In this document: positions 37,368 through 48,687 of the stretch, one piece after another | Numbering within the stretch: the first letter of the stretch is position 1 | How the letters are laid out: every line of letters starts with the position of its first letter | DNA from: an uncultured Acidobacteriota bacterium | GTDB lineage: Bacteria; Acidobacteriota; Thermoanaerobaculia; Multivoradales; UBA5704 | NCBI GenBank assembly: GCA_963698025.1 | Contig: OY969112.1 | Location: 1,861,200 to 1,925,199 of the forward strand | Length of the DNA: 64,000 bases | Reading direction: 5' to 3' | Notes under the pieces: generated by a model | Told to the model about the DNA's origin: nothing | Database searches by the model: none | What the model saw: only the letters and a program-made list of their open reading frames with translations | Translations under genes and position numbers: made by a program

Positions 37368-40300
37368 ATGGCCGTGACCCGCAGCACCGCCGCCGACCGC
37401 CGGCAGCAGGAGACCCCCGCGCGCCGCCAGCCGGGTTTCCCCGTCCAGGGCCTCCCCGGCGCCCCTGCCCCCAAGGCCCGCAATACCGAGGCGATCCTGC
37501 TCGCCGCCGCCGCGGTCGTCGTCCTCCTCGGCCTGACGCTGGCCTACCTGGCGATGGCCAAGCCGCTCGCCGACGACGAGACGCAGATCGCCGCCGGCCA
37601 GATCGTGAATCTGAACGACCTCCGGGGGGCGGACCAGCTCACCCCCGTGCTCGACGTCTTCGACGGCGCGGCCGAGCGGGCGTTCGTCGCCCAGCAGATC
37701 TGGAAGCGCGCGCACGAGGGGGATCTGCCCAACGTCGGCGAGATCGAGCGCATCCGCGTCCCCGCGTCCGCCATCGAAGGGGACCGCCGCCTCGCCAGCC
37801 TGCGCGAACGGCTGGAGGCCAGGCGCCAGGCGGGCGCGCAGGGGGACGTCTCGATCCCCCTCCTCTCCGCCCAGCAGTTCCGGACGGTCAAGCCGCGGCT
37901 CGTGGTGCGCGTCCCGGGGCAGTTCCGCTCCTCGTTCTGGCTCTGGACGGCCGTCTTCCTGCTCGCCTTCCTCGCCGTCCACGCCGTCTGGCGGTTCAGG
38001 CGGTTCGGCGGCGACGAGCTGATCCTGCCGGCGCTGCTGCTGCTGACCGGCATCGGCCTCGCCATGATGCTCACCGTCCGCGATCCGCTGCGCGACCTGC
38101 CGCTCTACCGCGGCTTCGCCGAGGGGGTGCTGTTCGGCGCCGCCCTGCTGCTGGCCGCCAGCCTGATCGACTACGAGCGCTCGCCGCTCAAGCGGATGAG
38201 CTTCGTCCCCCTGTTCGTGGCCTTCCTGCTCTCGGGGGTGCTGATCCTTTTCGGCAGCGGCCCGGGGGGGAGCGACGCCAAGGTGAACCTGTTCGGCTGG
38301 CAGCCGGTGGAGGCGATCAAGATCCTGGTCGTGCTCTTCCTGGCCGGCTACTTCTTCGACCGCTGGGAGTTCCTGCGCGAGATCGCCGAGACCCGCGCCG
38401 GCCTGCCGCGCGGGCTGCAGATCCCCAAGCTCGAATACCTGCTGCCGCCGCTCGTCGCCATCGGCCTGGTGCTCGTCTTCTTCTTCCTGCAGAAGGACCT
38501 GGGGCCGGCGCTGATCCTCTCGTTCCTCTTCCTCACCCTCTACTGCGTCGCCCGCGGCAAGCCGTGGATGGCGCTGGTGGGCACCCTCCTGCTGGTCGCC
38601 GCCTTCGCGGTGGCCTACAAGATCGGCTACCCCGCCACGGTGAGCGGCCGCCTCAACATGTGGCTCTCCCCCTGGGACAACGCCTTCCGCGGCGGCGACC
38701 ACCTGGCGCAGGGGCTCTGGTCGCTGGCGGGCGGCGCGCTGACCGGCACCGGCCTGGGACTGGGGCAGCCGCAGCGGGTGCCCGAGATCCACACCGATCT
38801 GGTGCTCGCGGCGGTCGGCGAGCAGCTCGGCTTCCTCGGCCTGCTCGCCGTCGTCACTCTCTACGCGCTGCTCGTCTGGCGCGGCTTCCGGGCGGCGTTC
38901 CGCTCCGGCGCCACCTACAGCTTCTTCCTGGCTCTCGGGCTCTCGGTCCTGATCGCCATCCAGATCCTGCTGATCGGCGGCGGCGTGCTCGGCGTGCTCC
39001 CCCTCTCGGGCGTGGTGTCGCCGTTCCTCAGCTCCGGCCGCACGGCGATGCTCGCCAACTTCCTGATCCTGGGGGCGATCCTCGGCATCTCGGCCCGGGC
39101 TGGAAACGCCGACTCGCTTGCCGCCACCCGCCGCTTCCAAGGGGCCGCCCGCTGGGCCGCCGTGGCGCTCGGCGTGGTCCTCGCCGCGATCGTCCTCAAG
39201 GCGGCGCAGGTGCAGGTCTTCCAGGCCGACCGCTTCCTCGCCCGCGGTGCGCTGACCCTCCAGGGGGACGGCTTCCGGCGCTTCCTCTACAACCCGCGCC
39301 TGGTCGACATCGCCCAGGGGATCCCGCGCGGCGACGTCGTCGACCGCAACGGCGTGCTGCTCGCCACCAGCGATCCGGCCCAGCTGGAGAAGAACCGCGC
39401 CGTGCTGGAGCGTCTGGGAGCGACGCTGCCGGCGGCGGGGGACCGGCCGCGGCGCGGCGAGCGGTTCTACCCGTTCGGCGGCCGCACCTTCCACCTGCTG
39501 GGGGACCTCAACACGCGGACCAACTGGGCGGCGAAGAACACCTCCTACGCCGAGCGCGACTCCAGCGTCCTGCTCCAGGGGTACGACGACTTCGCGGGGG
39601 TAGCCGAGGTCGCGCAGCCGAACGGCAAGACCACCCGCGAGCTCCAGCGCGACTACGGCGCGCTCATCCCCCTGCTGCGCCACCGCTGGCAGCCGGACCA
39701 TCCGGCCGTGCGGCGGCTCCTCGACAACCCGCGCACCCTGCGGATGACGATCGACGTGCGCCTGCAGCTCAAGGCGGCCGACGTGCTGGCGAAATACGCC
39801 GCCCAGGCCGGCTTCGGCGGCGCCGCCGTGGTGCTCGACCCGGCCACCGGCGAGCTCCTCGCCTCGGCCAGCTATCCGTGGCCCGAGTTGCCCATCCAGA
39901 CCGCCGGGGCGGACGACGGATCTGGCGGCGGCTCCGGCGGCGGAAAAACGCCAACGCTGATCGACCGCGCCCGCTACGGGATCTACCCCCCCGGCTCGAC
40001 CTTCAAGATGGTCACCGCGACCGCCGCCCTGCGCAAGAGCCCGCAGCTGGCGAGCCAGGCCTTCACCTGCAAGCTCCTCCCCGACGGGCGCGTGGGCAAC
40101 TTCGTCAAGGGGTGGGGACGGCCGGTCCGGGACGACCCCACGGACCGCTCGCCGCACGGCGACGTCTCCCTCGAAAAGGGGATCGTGGTCTCCTGCAACG
40201 CCTACTTCGCGCAGCTCGGCACCTACGCGGTGGGTCCGGAGGCGCTGCTGGAGACGGCGAAGGCCTTCGGCATCTCGGTGGCGCGGCCGAACACCGTCAA

Positions 40301-40814
40301 GCAGCTCAAGGACGCCCTGCCCCAGGCCTCCTACGGCCAGGGGCAGGTGGTGGCGACCCCCTTCCAGATGGCCCGCGTGGCGGCGACGATCGCCGCCGGC
40401 GGCACCACTCCCGAGGGGCGCTGGGTGATCGGCGGCGGGAACACCCGGCAGGGTTCCTCGGCGCGCGTGCTGGAGCCGCCGATGGCGATCTTCCTCGGCC
40501 GCGCCATGCGCCGCGTGGTGACCGAGGGGACCGGCGCCCGCTACCTCGCCGGCGTCACCCCCGCCATCGCCGGCAAGACCGGCACCGCCGAGGTGCAGGA
40601 CAAGGGGTCGCACTCCTGGTTCATCGGCTACGCTCCCTACGAGACGCCGGCGGGGCGGAAGATCGCCTTCGGCGTCATCGTCGAGCACGGCGGCTACGGC
40701 GGCCGGCTCGCCGCGCCGGCCGCCGGCGAGATCGTGCAGGCCGCCGCCCAGCTGGGCATCATTGGTGGCTCTGGCAGCCCTGACGCGAAGATTCCGCCGC
40801 GAGGAAAACCATGA
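37368..40814 (+). CDS. Fusion protein: FtsW/RodA-type SEDS glycosyltransferase plus class-B penicillin-binding protein transpeptidase
   Basis: It is a single ORF of 1148 aa. The SEDS polytopic region (FLAGYFFDRWEFLREI, multiple transmembrane helices) is followed by a transmembrane anchor and a PBP dimerisation region (PRGDVVDRNGVLLA). The transpeptidase motifs are STFK, SCN and KTGTAE. The long minus-strand ORF across this region is an artefact. Confidence 0.85.
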   Translation: MAVTRSTAADRRQQETPARRQPGFPVQGLPGAPAPKARNTEAILLAAAAVVVLLGLTLAYLAMAKPLADDETQIAAGQIVNLNDLRGADQLTPVLDVFDGAAERAFVAQQIWKRAHEGDLPNVGEIERIRVPASAIEGDRRLASLRERLEARRQAGAQGDVSIPLLSAQQFRTVKPRLVVRVPGQFRSSFWLWTAVFLLAFLAVHAVWRFRRFGGDELILPALLLLTGIGLAMMLTVRDPLRDLPLYRGFAEGVLFGAALLLAASLIDYERSPLKRMSFVPLFVAFLLSGVLILFGSGPGGSDAKVNLFGWQPVEAIKILVVLFLAGYFFDRWEFLREIAETRAGLPRGLQIPKLEYLLPPLVAIGLVLVFFFLQKDLGPALILSFLFLTLYCVARGKPWMALVGTLLLVAAFAVAYKIGYPATVSGRLNMWLSPWDNAFRGGDHLAQGLWSLAGGALTGTGLGLGQPQRVPEIHTDLVLAAVGEQLGFLGLLAVVTLYALLVWRGFRAAFRSGATYSFFLALGLSVLIAIQILLIGGGVLGVLPLSGVVSPFLSSGRTAMLANFLILGAILGISARAGNADSLAATRRFQGAARWAAVALGVVLAAIVLKAAQVQVFQADRFLARGALTLQGDGFRRFLYNPRLVDIAQGIPRGDVVDRNGVLLATSDPAQLEKNRAVLERLGATLPAAGDRPRRGERFYPFGGRTFHLLGDLNTRTNWAAKNTSYAERDSSVLLQGYDDFAGVAEVAQPNGKTTRELQRDYGALIPLLRHRWQPDHPAVRRLLDNPRTLRMTIDVRLQLKAADVLAKYAAQAGFGGAAVVLDPATGELLASASYPWPELPIQTAGADDGSGGGSGGGKTPTLIDRARYGIYPPGSTFKMVTATAALRKSPQLASQAFTCKLLPDGRVGNFVKGWGRPVRDDPTDRSPHGDVSLEKGIVVSCNAYFAQLGTYAVGPEALLETAKAFGISVARPNTVKQLKDALPQASYGQGQVVATPFQMARVAATIAAGGTTPEGRWVIGGGNTRQGSSARVLEPPMAIFLGRAMRRVVTEGTGARYLAGVTPAIAGKTGTAEVQDKGSHSWFIGYAPYETPAGRKIAFGVIVEHGGYGGRLAAPAAGEIVQAAAQLGIIGGSGSPDAKIPPRGKP

Positions 40815-41620
40815 ACGACATGATGGGCAAGATGCGCGACCTGTTGAAGCCCTGGATGAAGGGGACCTCGCCGCTGGAGATCCGCCGCGCCATCCTCGAC
40901 GACGTCGAGGGGCACGTCATCGCCGTGGGCGAGGGGAAGCGGATCTTCCCGCACAACCTCCTGCGCGTCCACCTGCGGGTCGCGGATGCGGACGAGCGCG
41001 TCCGCTTCGAGGCCGTCGTCCACGAGGGGTGGGATCTGAAGCGGGAGATCTCCGAGCGCCTCGCCGGCCGCGGCTGTCCGCTCCCCGCCGGCTTCGACTT
41101 GGAGGTCACTTTTGACGAGGAGACCCACCCCCGCTTCGCCGACCGCCGCTTCTACGTCGAATATCTCAAGCAGGAGTCCCCCGCCGCCGCGGTCCCCGGG
41201 GAGGCGAGTGCCGGGGTCGCCGCGGCCGGCCCTGCCACCGCGCGCCCCCTTCTCGAGCTGACGGTGCTCAAGGGGACGGCGACGCAGCGGGTCTACGAGA
41301 TCGAGGGGCCGCGCGCCTTCATCGGCCGGCTCGCGGAGGTCGTCGATCCCGACGGCCGGGTCCGCCGCCGCAACGACGTCGCCTTCCTGGAGGTGGGCGA
41401 GATCAACTCCACCGTCTCGCGCGAGCACGCCCGCATCTCCTGGGACGCCGAGAGCGGCGGCTACTGGCTGCGCGCCGAGCAGAACGCCTCCGGCACCCGC
41501 ATCTACCGCGGCGGGCGCACCATCGACGTCAGCTCCCACGACCGCCGGGGGGTCCGCCTCCAGCCGGGAGACGAGATCCACCTCGGCCGGGCCGCCGTCA
41601 AGGTCGGAATGCGGGATTGA
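40811..41620 (+). CDS. FhaA-like protein (DUF3662-like N-terminus plus C-terminal FHA domain)
   Basis: The C-terminal FHA core is FIGR ... SREHARISW ... TRIYRGG. An ATGA overlap couples it to the PBP gene. Confidence 0.85.
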   Translation: MNDMMGKMRDLLKPWMKGTSPLEIRRAILDDVEGHVIAVGEGKRIFPHNLLRVHLRVADADERVRFEAVVHEGWDLKREISERLAGRGCPLPAGFDLEVTFDEETHPRFADRRFYVEYLKQESPAAAVPGEASAGVAAAGPATARPLLELTVLKGTATQRVYEIEGPRAFIGRLAEVVDPDGRVRRRNDVAFLEVGEINSTVSREHARISWDAESGGYWLRAEQNASGTRIYRGGRTIDVSSHDRRGVRLQPGDEIHLGRAAVKVGMRD

Positions 41621-41687
41621 ACCCTCACCCCCGGCCCCTCTCCCGACCCGGGAGAGGGGAGAAAGGCAAAGACAAACCTGCGTTCTC

Positions 41688-41740
41688 CCTCTTCTCCCGA
41701 GTCGGGAGAAGAGGGCCGGGGTGATGAGGGCCAACGCCGG
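41688..41740. repeat. Repeat element D (GGGAGAAGAGGGC(C)GGGGTGATGAGGGCCA..GCCGGGCC), second copy at 55836-55880
   Basis: A module of about 45 nt is found at two distant intergenic sites. Each copy is preceded by a local hairpin. Confidence 0.6.
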
Positions 41741-41971
41741 GCCTGAGGGATCCTGACGAGGTGGAACGAGACCGCGAGAATAAAAAGAGGGCCCGGGGAA
41801 CTTGAGGTAGCGGACGATGGAGTTCCCGCGGGCCCGATGTCTCGGTTGCCCTGTCAGAATAGGCGCTGAAGAGGTAAACGTCCTCAACGCGCCGTAAAAC
41901 CTCGCAAATCCCGTAACCAATTTGTAAACTATGAATGGACCTCCGGCGGCCTGCTCTAGACTCCCGCCGGC

Positions 41972-43639
41972 ATGAAACTGGCGACTTTGGGAAAACGAAA
42001 CACTCTATGGCTCGGATTCGTGGCGGTGCTGGTGCCGTTGACGGTCCTGCTCGCCTTCCAGTACCGCTGGCTGCGTGAGCTCGACCACTTCTCCGAGCGG
42101 GCCCAGAAGGCGCAGGTCGAGAGCCTCCTCGAAGCCGTCTCCAAGAACGTCGAATACTTCTACACCGACGCCGGCCAGGCGCTCGACCTGCAGCCCGTGA
42201 TCTTCACCCAGAAGCATCTCGACCGGGCGGCCCACCAGTTCAAGAAGAAGGGGGTAGTGGGGGTCAAGCGGCTGTTCGTGATGGACCTGCGCGACGGCGA
42301 CGAGCCGACTTACTTCTCCCCCTCCTGCGCGGCGTTCGAGCAGCCCGACACGTCGCCGGAGGCGCGGGCGATCGCGGTGGCCGTCGCCCCCTGGAAGGCG
42401 CTCTACCACAAGGACGGCATCCTCGAGAGCGTCCGCCTCTTCGTCGAGGAGAAGGACCCCGCCTACCGCATCCTCCTCTACCCGGTCACCGACGACTCCT
42501 CGCGGCTGGTCGGCCTCGCCGGCATGGTCCTCGACGAGGGGTACTTCCGCAAGAAGGTGCTGCCGAAAGCCATCCGTGACGCGCTCTCCGAGTTCGGGGA
42601 CAGCGACGCCGACTACAAGCCGATCATCTCGGTCGAGGACGGCCAGGAGCGGGTCGTCTACGCCACCGAGCCGATCAGCGACGACTTCCCCTGGCGGACC
42701 GAGGCCAAGCGGCCGTTCCGCTTCGTCTTCACCGACTGGAACGTCGAGCTGGCCACCCGCCACGCCACCGCGGCCCAGATCGCGCGCCGCAACTTCCTGG
42801 TCAACATCGGCCTGTCGGCGGCGCTCGCCACCGTGCTCCTCGGTGGCCTCATGCTCGCCCTGCGCATCGCCGCGCGCGAGATGAAGCTGTCGCAGATGAA
42901 AAACGAGTTCGTCTCCAACGTCTCCCACGAGCTGCGCACGCCGCTCGCCTCGATCCGGGTCTTCGGCGAGTTCCTGCGCCTCGGGCGCTTCGGCGGCCCC
43001 GACAAGGCCCGCGAGTACGGCGACTACATCGAGACCGAGAGCCGCCGCCTGACCCAGCTGGTCGACAACATCCTCGACTTCGCCAGCATCGAGTCCGGGC
43101 GCAAGACCTACCGCTTCGAGCGCTGCGACGTGCGCGAGGTCGTCGATGCCACCCTCAGGACCTTCGAGGTGCGGCTGCGGCAGGAAGGCTTCAGCATCCG
43201 CGTCGAGGGCGCCGACAGCCCGCTCCCGCCGGCGCGGATCGACCGGGGGGCGATCGCGCAGTCGCTCTCCAACCTGCTCGACAACGCGGTCAAGTACTCC
43301 GGGGGGTCCCGGGACGTTCTCGTCTCGCTCCGGCGCGAGGAGGACTTCATCGTCATCTCCGTCCACGACCAGGGGATCGGCATCCCGCGCGCCGAGCAGC
43401 GCAAGATCTTCGACCGCTTCCACCGCGTCAGCACCGGCCTGGTGCACGACGTCAAGGGGAGCGGCCTGGGGCTCGCCATCGTCCGCCACATCGTGCGAGC
43501 GCACCGCGGCAAGGTGACCGTCGAGAGCCGTCCGGACGAGGGGAGCACCTTCTCCATCCACCTGCCGATCGAGCCCCCCTCGGCGCTGGCGGCCGCGACC
43601 TCCGCGGCGGCCGGATCGGCGGAGCCCTCCGAGGCCTGA
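41972..43639 (+). CDS. Sensor histidine kinase (periplasmic sensor, HisKA, HATPase)
   Basis: The H-box is [13 protein letters not shown]. The N and G boxes are present. There are two transmembrane segments. Confidence 0.9.
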   Translation: MKLATLGKRNTLWLGFVAVLVPLTVLLAFQYRWLRELDHFSERAQKAQVESLLEAVSKNVEYFYTDAGQALDLQPVIFTQKHLDRAAHQFKKKGVVGVKRLFVMDLRDGDEPTYFSPSCAAFEQPDTSPEARAIAVAVAPWKALYHKDGILESVRLFVEEKDPAYRILLYPVTDDSSRLVGLAGMVLDEGYFRKKVLPKAIRDALSEFGDSDADYKPIISVEDGQERVVYATEPISDDFPWRTEAKRPFRFVFTDWNVELATRHATAAQIARRNFLVNIGLSAALATVLLGGLMLALRIAAREMKLSQMKNEFVSNVSHELRTPLASIRVFGEFLRLGRFGGPDKAREYGDYIETESRRLTQLVDNILDFASIESGRKTYRFERCDVREVVDATLRTFEVRLRQEGFSIRVEGADSPLPPARIDRGAIAQSLSNLLDNAVKYSGGSRDVLVSLRREEDFIVISVHDQGIGIPRAEQRKIFDRFHRVSTGLVHDVKGSGLGLAIVRHIVRAHRGKVTVESRPDEGSTFSIHLPIEPPSALAAATSAAAGSAEPSEA

Positions 43640-43642
43640 GCC

Positions 43643-44332
43643 ATGACCGCGCACGTCCTGATCGTCGAAGACGACGAAGCCATGTCCATCGCCCTGCGCG
43701 ACGGTTTCCAGTACGAGGGGTACTCGGTGACCGTGGCCAAGGACGGCGAGGCCGGCCTGCAGCTCGCCACCTCCGGGTCGCCGGACCTCATCCTGCTCGA
43801 CGTGATGCTGCCGAAGATGACCGGCCTCGACATCTGCAGGCACCTGCGCGGCGGCGGCAGCGCCGTGCCGATCATCATGCTCACCGCGCGCGGCCAGGAG
43901 ATCGACAAGGTGCTGGGGCTCAAGCTCGGGGCGGACGACTACATCACCAAGCCGTTCGGCTTCATGGAGCTGCTCGCCCGCGCCGAGGCCGTGCTGCGCC
44001 GCTCCCACCCGGCCGCGGCGCCGGCGGCGCTGGAGATCTACCGCTTCGGCGAGGTGAGCGTCGACTTCCGGCGCCACGAGGCGCACCGGGCGGACGAGCC
44101 GATCGACCTCTCGCCGCGCGAGTTCCAGCTCCTCGCCTTCTTCATCCAGCACCGCGGCGAGGTGATCACCCGCGAGAAGCTGCTCGACACCGTCTGGGAC
44201 TACAACTCCATCCCCTTCACCCGCACTGTCGACATGCACATCGCCAAGCTGCGCAAGAAGATCGAGGACAACCCTTCCGACCCCCGCCACATCGTCACCG
44301 TCCACCGGCTGGGCTACAAGTTCACCGGCTGA
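43643..44332 (+). CDS. OmpR-family response regulator
   Basis: The receiver domain (LIVEDDEAM ... [12 protein letters not shown]) is followed by a winged-helix domain (TVHRLGYKF). Confidence 0.95.
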   Translation: MTAHVLIVEDDEAMSIALRDGFQYEGYSVTVAKDGEAGLQLATSGSPDLILLDVMLPKMTGLDICRHLRGGGSAVPIIMLTARGQEIDKVLGLKLGADDYITKPFGFMELLARAEAVLRRSHPAAAPAALEIYRFGEVSVDFRRHEAHRADEPIDLSPREFQLLAFFIQHRGEVITREKLLDTVWDYNSIPFTRTVDMHIAKLRKKIEDNPSDPRHIVTVHRLGYKFTG

Positions 44333-44356
44333 GCCTGAACAGAATCCAATAAAACC

Positions 44357-44400
44357 CAGGGCGATGCCCTGAGCTGAGGGAGAACGGCCCGTTGGGCCTC
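44357..44400. repeat. Repeat element C: two adjacent small palindromes (CAGGGCGATGCCCTG ... GGCCCGTTGGGCC); second copy at 61502-61545
   Basis: A near-identical 44-nt module occurs after the response-regulator gene and again at 61.5 kb. GGCCCGGGCTTCCTCAGCCC is also shared nearby, at 44440 and 61340. Confidence 0.6.
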
Positions 44401-44545
44401 TGGATTCGTGGTGGAATGTCCTTCCTCCGGGCCAAAGGTCCGGGCTTCCTCAGCCCGGTCCATCGGGCCGGGCCAGGCTGAACCTGCCCTCCTTCCTTGC
44501 CTCCCCCCGCCGAACCGCATACCTTAACGGCTGGGGGGACACCGG

Positions 44546-44886
44546 ATGGCGCAGCCGTGGGACGACGATTTCGAGCGCGACGAGGAGCTCTCCCTCGAGG
44601 AGCGGCGCAAGCCCAGGCACCCGCGCAAGTGGAAGGTGCTGCTCCACAACGACGACTTCACCTCCATGGAGTTCGTCACCCACGTCCTGATGACCCACTT
44701 CCACAAGGCCCCGGCGGAGGCCACCCAGATCATGCTGCAGGTGCACAGGAAGGGAGTGGGGCTCGCCGGTGTTTACTCCAGGGAGGTGGCCGAGACCAAG
44801 GTGGCCGAGGTCACCGACGAGGCCCGGGCCGAGGGCATGCCGCTCAAGCTGACCGCCGAGCCCGCGGAAGAAGGAAGAGACGAAGA

Positions 44887-44890
<4 letters not shown>
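44546..44890 (+). CDS. clpS: ATP-dependent Clp protease adaptor ClpS
   Basis: The ClpS core is conserved: KVLLHNDDFTSMEFVTHVL. Confidence 0.9.
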
Positions 44891-47184
<2,294 letters not shown>

Positions 47185-47213
47185 GACCGGAGCGGCCCTG
47201 AGACCAGACCCGT

Positions 47214-48228
47214 GTGTAGGGGCGCAGCATGCTGCGCCCTTTTGCTGCGCCCTTTTGCTGCGCCCTTTTTGCTGCGCCCTTTTGCTGCGCCCTTTTGCTG
47301 CGCCTTTCAACGGTCCGGTCCAGGAAAAAGGGCGCAGCATGCTGCGCCCCTACATACGGAATAGAGAAAGCAGACCTGCATGAGGGCGGACAGAGCGGAG
47401 ATGAGGATCTTGCCGGCGGGCCGGGTCCGGCATTCGATCCGTTGGCAGGGGTACGATTACACGAGCGCGGGTTGGTACTTCGTCACCCTGTGCGCCCAGG
47501 GAAGGGAGTGCCTGTTCGGCGAAGTGCGGGATGGAGCGGTCTTCCCGAGCGAGAGCGGACGGCTCGTGCAATCCTGCTGGGAGGCGATTCCCTCCCATTT
47601 TTCCCAAGCCGAGCTCGATGCCTGGGTCCTGATGCCCAATCACCTGCACGGCATCCTGGCGATCCGTCGCAACTCCCAAGGTGTAGGGGCGCAGCATGCT
47701 GCGCCCTCTCCTCCGGCACGCCGCCCGCCCTTCGTAAACTCTGGAGCCTTCCTCCCCCGCTCCTCACCGCTTCCATCGAACGTCTCTCCGGGTTCCCTGA
47801 GCGCGATCATCCGATCGTTCAAATCGGCGAGCACCCGGGAAGCCAACAAGGTGCGAGGAACGGCCGGCGTGACGATCTGGCAGCGCAACTACTTCGAGCA
47901 CGTGATCCGGGACGACAACGAGTTGGAGAGGATCCGCGCCTACATTCAGGAGAACCCATCCCGCTGGGAGGATGACCAGGAGAACCCTGCCAAGGCTTTG
48001 AAGCCTCCTACCGATCCTTTCCCCAAGGCGTAGGGGCGCAGCATGCTGCGCCCGCTCAACGGTCCGGCCCATGTAGGGGCGCAGCATGCTGCGCCCTTTT
48101 ACTGCGCCCTTTTGCTGCGCCCTTTTGCTGCGCCCTTTTGCTGCGCCCTTTTGCTGCGCCCCTTTTCCTGCGCCCTTTTTCCTGGACCGGACCGTTGAAA
48201 GGGCGCAGCATGCTGCGCCCCTACGCCT
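47214..48228 (+). mobile_element. RAYT (REP-associated tyrosine transposase, IS200/IS605-like Y1 HuH) unit flanked by REP family A palindromes containing tandem 13-mers
   Basis: The left structure (47214-47356) and the right structures (48031-48228) are built from GTAGGGGCGCAGCATGCTGCGCCCCTAC palindromes. Each encloses 6-7 tandem copies of TGCTGCGCCCTTT. The RAYT CDS lies between them. Confidence 0.8.
47380..48033 (+). CDS. REP-associated tyrosine transposase (RAYT, IS200/IS605 TnpA-like)
   Basis: The RAYT motifs are IRWQGYDYTSAGWYFVT, the HuH motif LMPNHLHGIL, and the catalytic Tyr region TIWQRNYFEHVIRD. A REP copy (47686-47711) sits in-frame inside the gene and encodes ...GVGAQHAAP... Confidence 0.85.
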   Translation: MRADRAEMRILPAGRVRHSIRWQGYDYTSAGWYFVTLCAQGRECLFGEVRDGAVFPSESGRLVQSCWEAIPSHFSQAELDAWVLMPNHLHGILAIRRNSQGVGAQHAAPSPPARRPPFVNSGAFLPRSSPLPSNVSPGSLSAIIRSFKSASTREANKVRGTAGVTIWQRNYFEHVIRDDNELERIRAYIQENPSRWEDDQENPAKALKPPTDPFPKA

Positions 48229-48559
48229 GGTGTCCCGACAGTCCCCCACCCTTGCTAAACTACCTCCTCAGGTCGACTCGAAAAGGAGCGGCCCGTTCGA
48301 TCTCCCTCCGGACGGCGGCTTTCCCGATCTCGCGCCCGATCTGCCGGGCCTCGCCCGCGCTGGCGGCTTCGGCACGGTGGACGCCGCCGCGCACGGCGTC
48401 CGGGCGGCGAGCGGAGCCGCGTGCCCGATCAGCTCCCGCTCTGGCTGACCAACCACTACCACCCCTGGCTCTATCGCCCCGCCGACGTCAACCGGGGTAC
48501 GACCCCGGGTGAGGTGATCGATCCTTGAGGCCATGAGGCGGGCGGGGTAAGGCGGCACT

Positions 48560-48630
48560 GAGGGCGACCGCAGGTCGCCCCTACAACCTCCGTTGAAATC
48601 TGTTGTAGGGGCGACCTGCGGTCGCCCTCA
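48560..48630. repeat. REP family B inverted pair
   Basis: The unit has the same 29-32 nt sequence as at 32445. Confidence 0.85.
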
Positions 48631-48687
48631 GCGCCCCCTCCCTGCTCTACAATCCTCCCCACGACATCCGTTCCGAGGAGGATTCCC

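Noticed and set aside
37335-40688. Very long antisense ORFs. Examples are 37335-40688 (minus, 1117 aa), 24751-26715, 6553-8016, 14280-15698, 18236-19888, 27394-29949, 30460-32550, 32523-35027, 42005-44305, 44773-47340, 11476-12786 and 36293-37129.
   Set aside because: They lie opposite genes that have clear family signatures. Their translations are Arg/Gly/Ala/Pro-rich and low in complexity, and they have no motifs. This is the typical stop-codon-poor antisense frame of about 70 % GC DNA.
47231-47310. A CRISPR array, at the tandem 13-mer TGCTGCGCCCTTT tracts and at the TATATA array.
   Set aside because: The 13-mers are directly abutting with no spacers. The TATATA boxes have variable sequence and irregular spacing. 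No cas genes are present. The 13-mers are part of REP/BIME structures.
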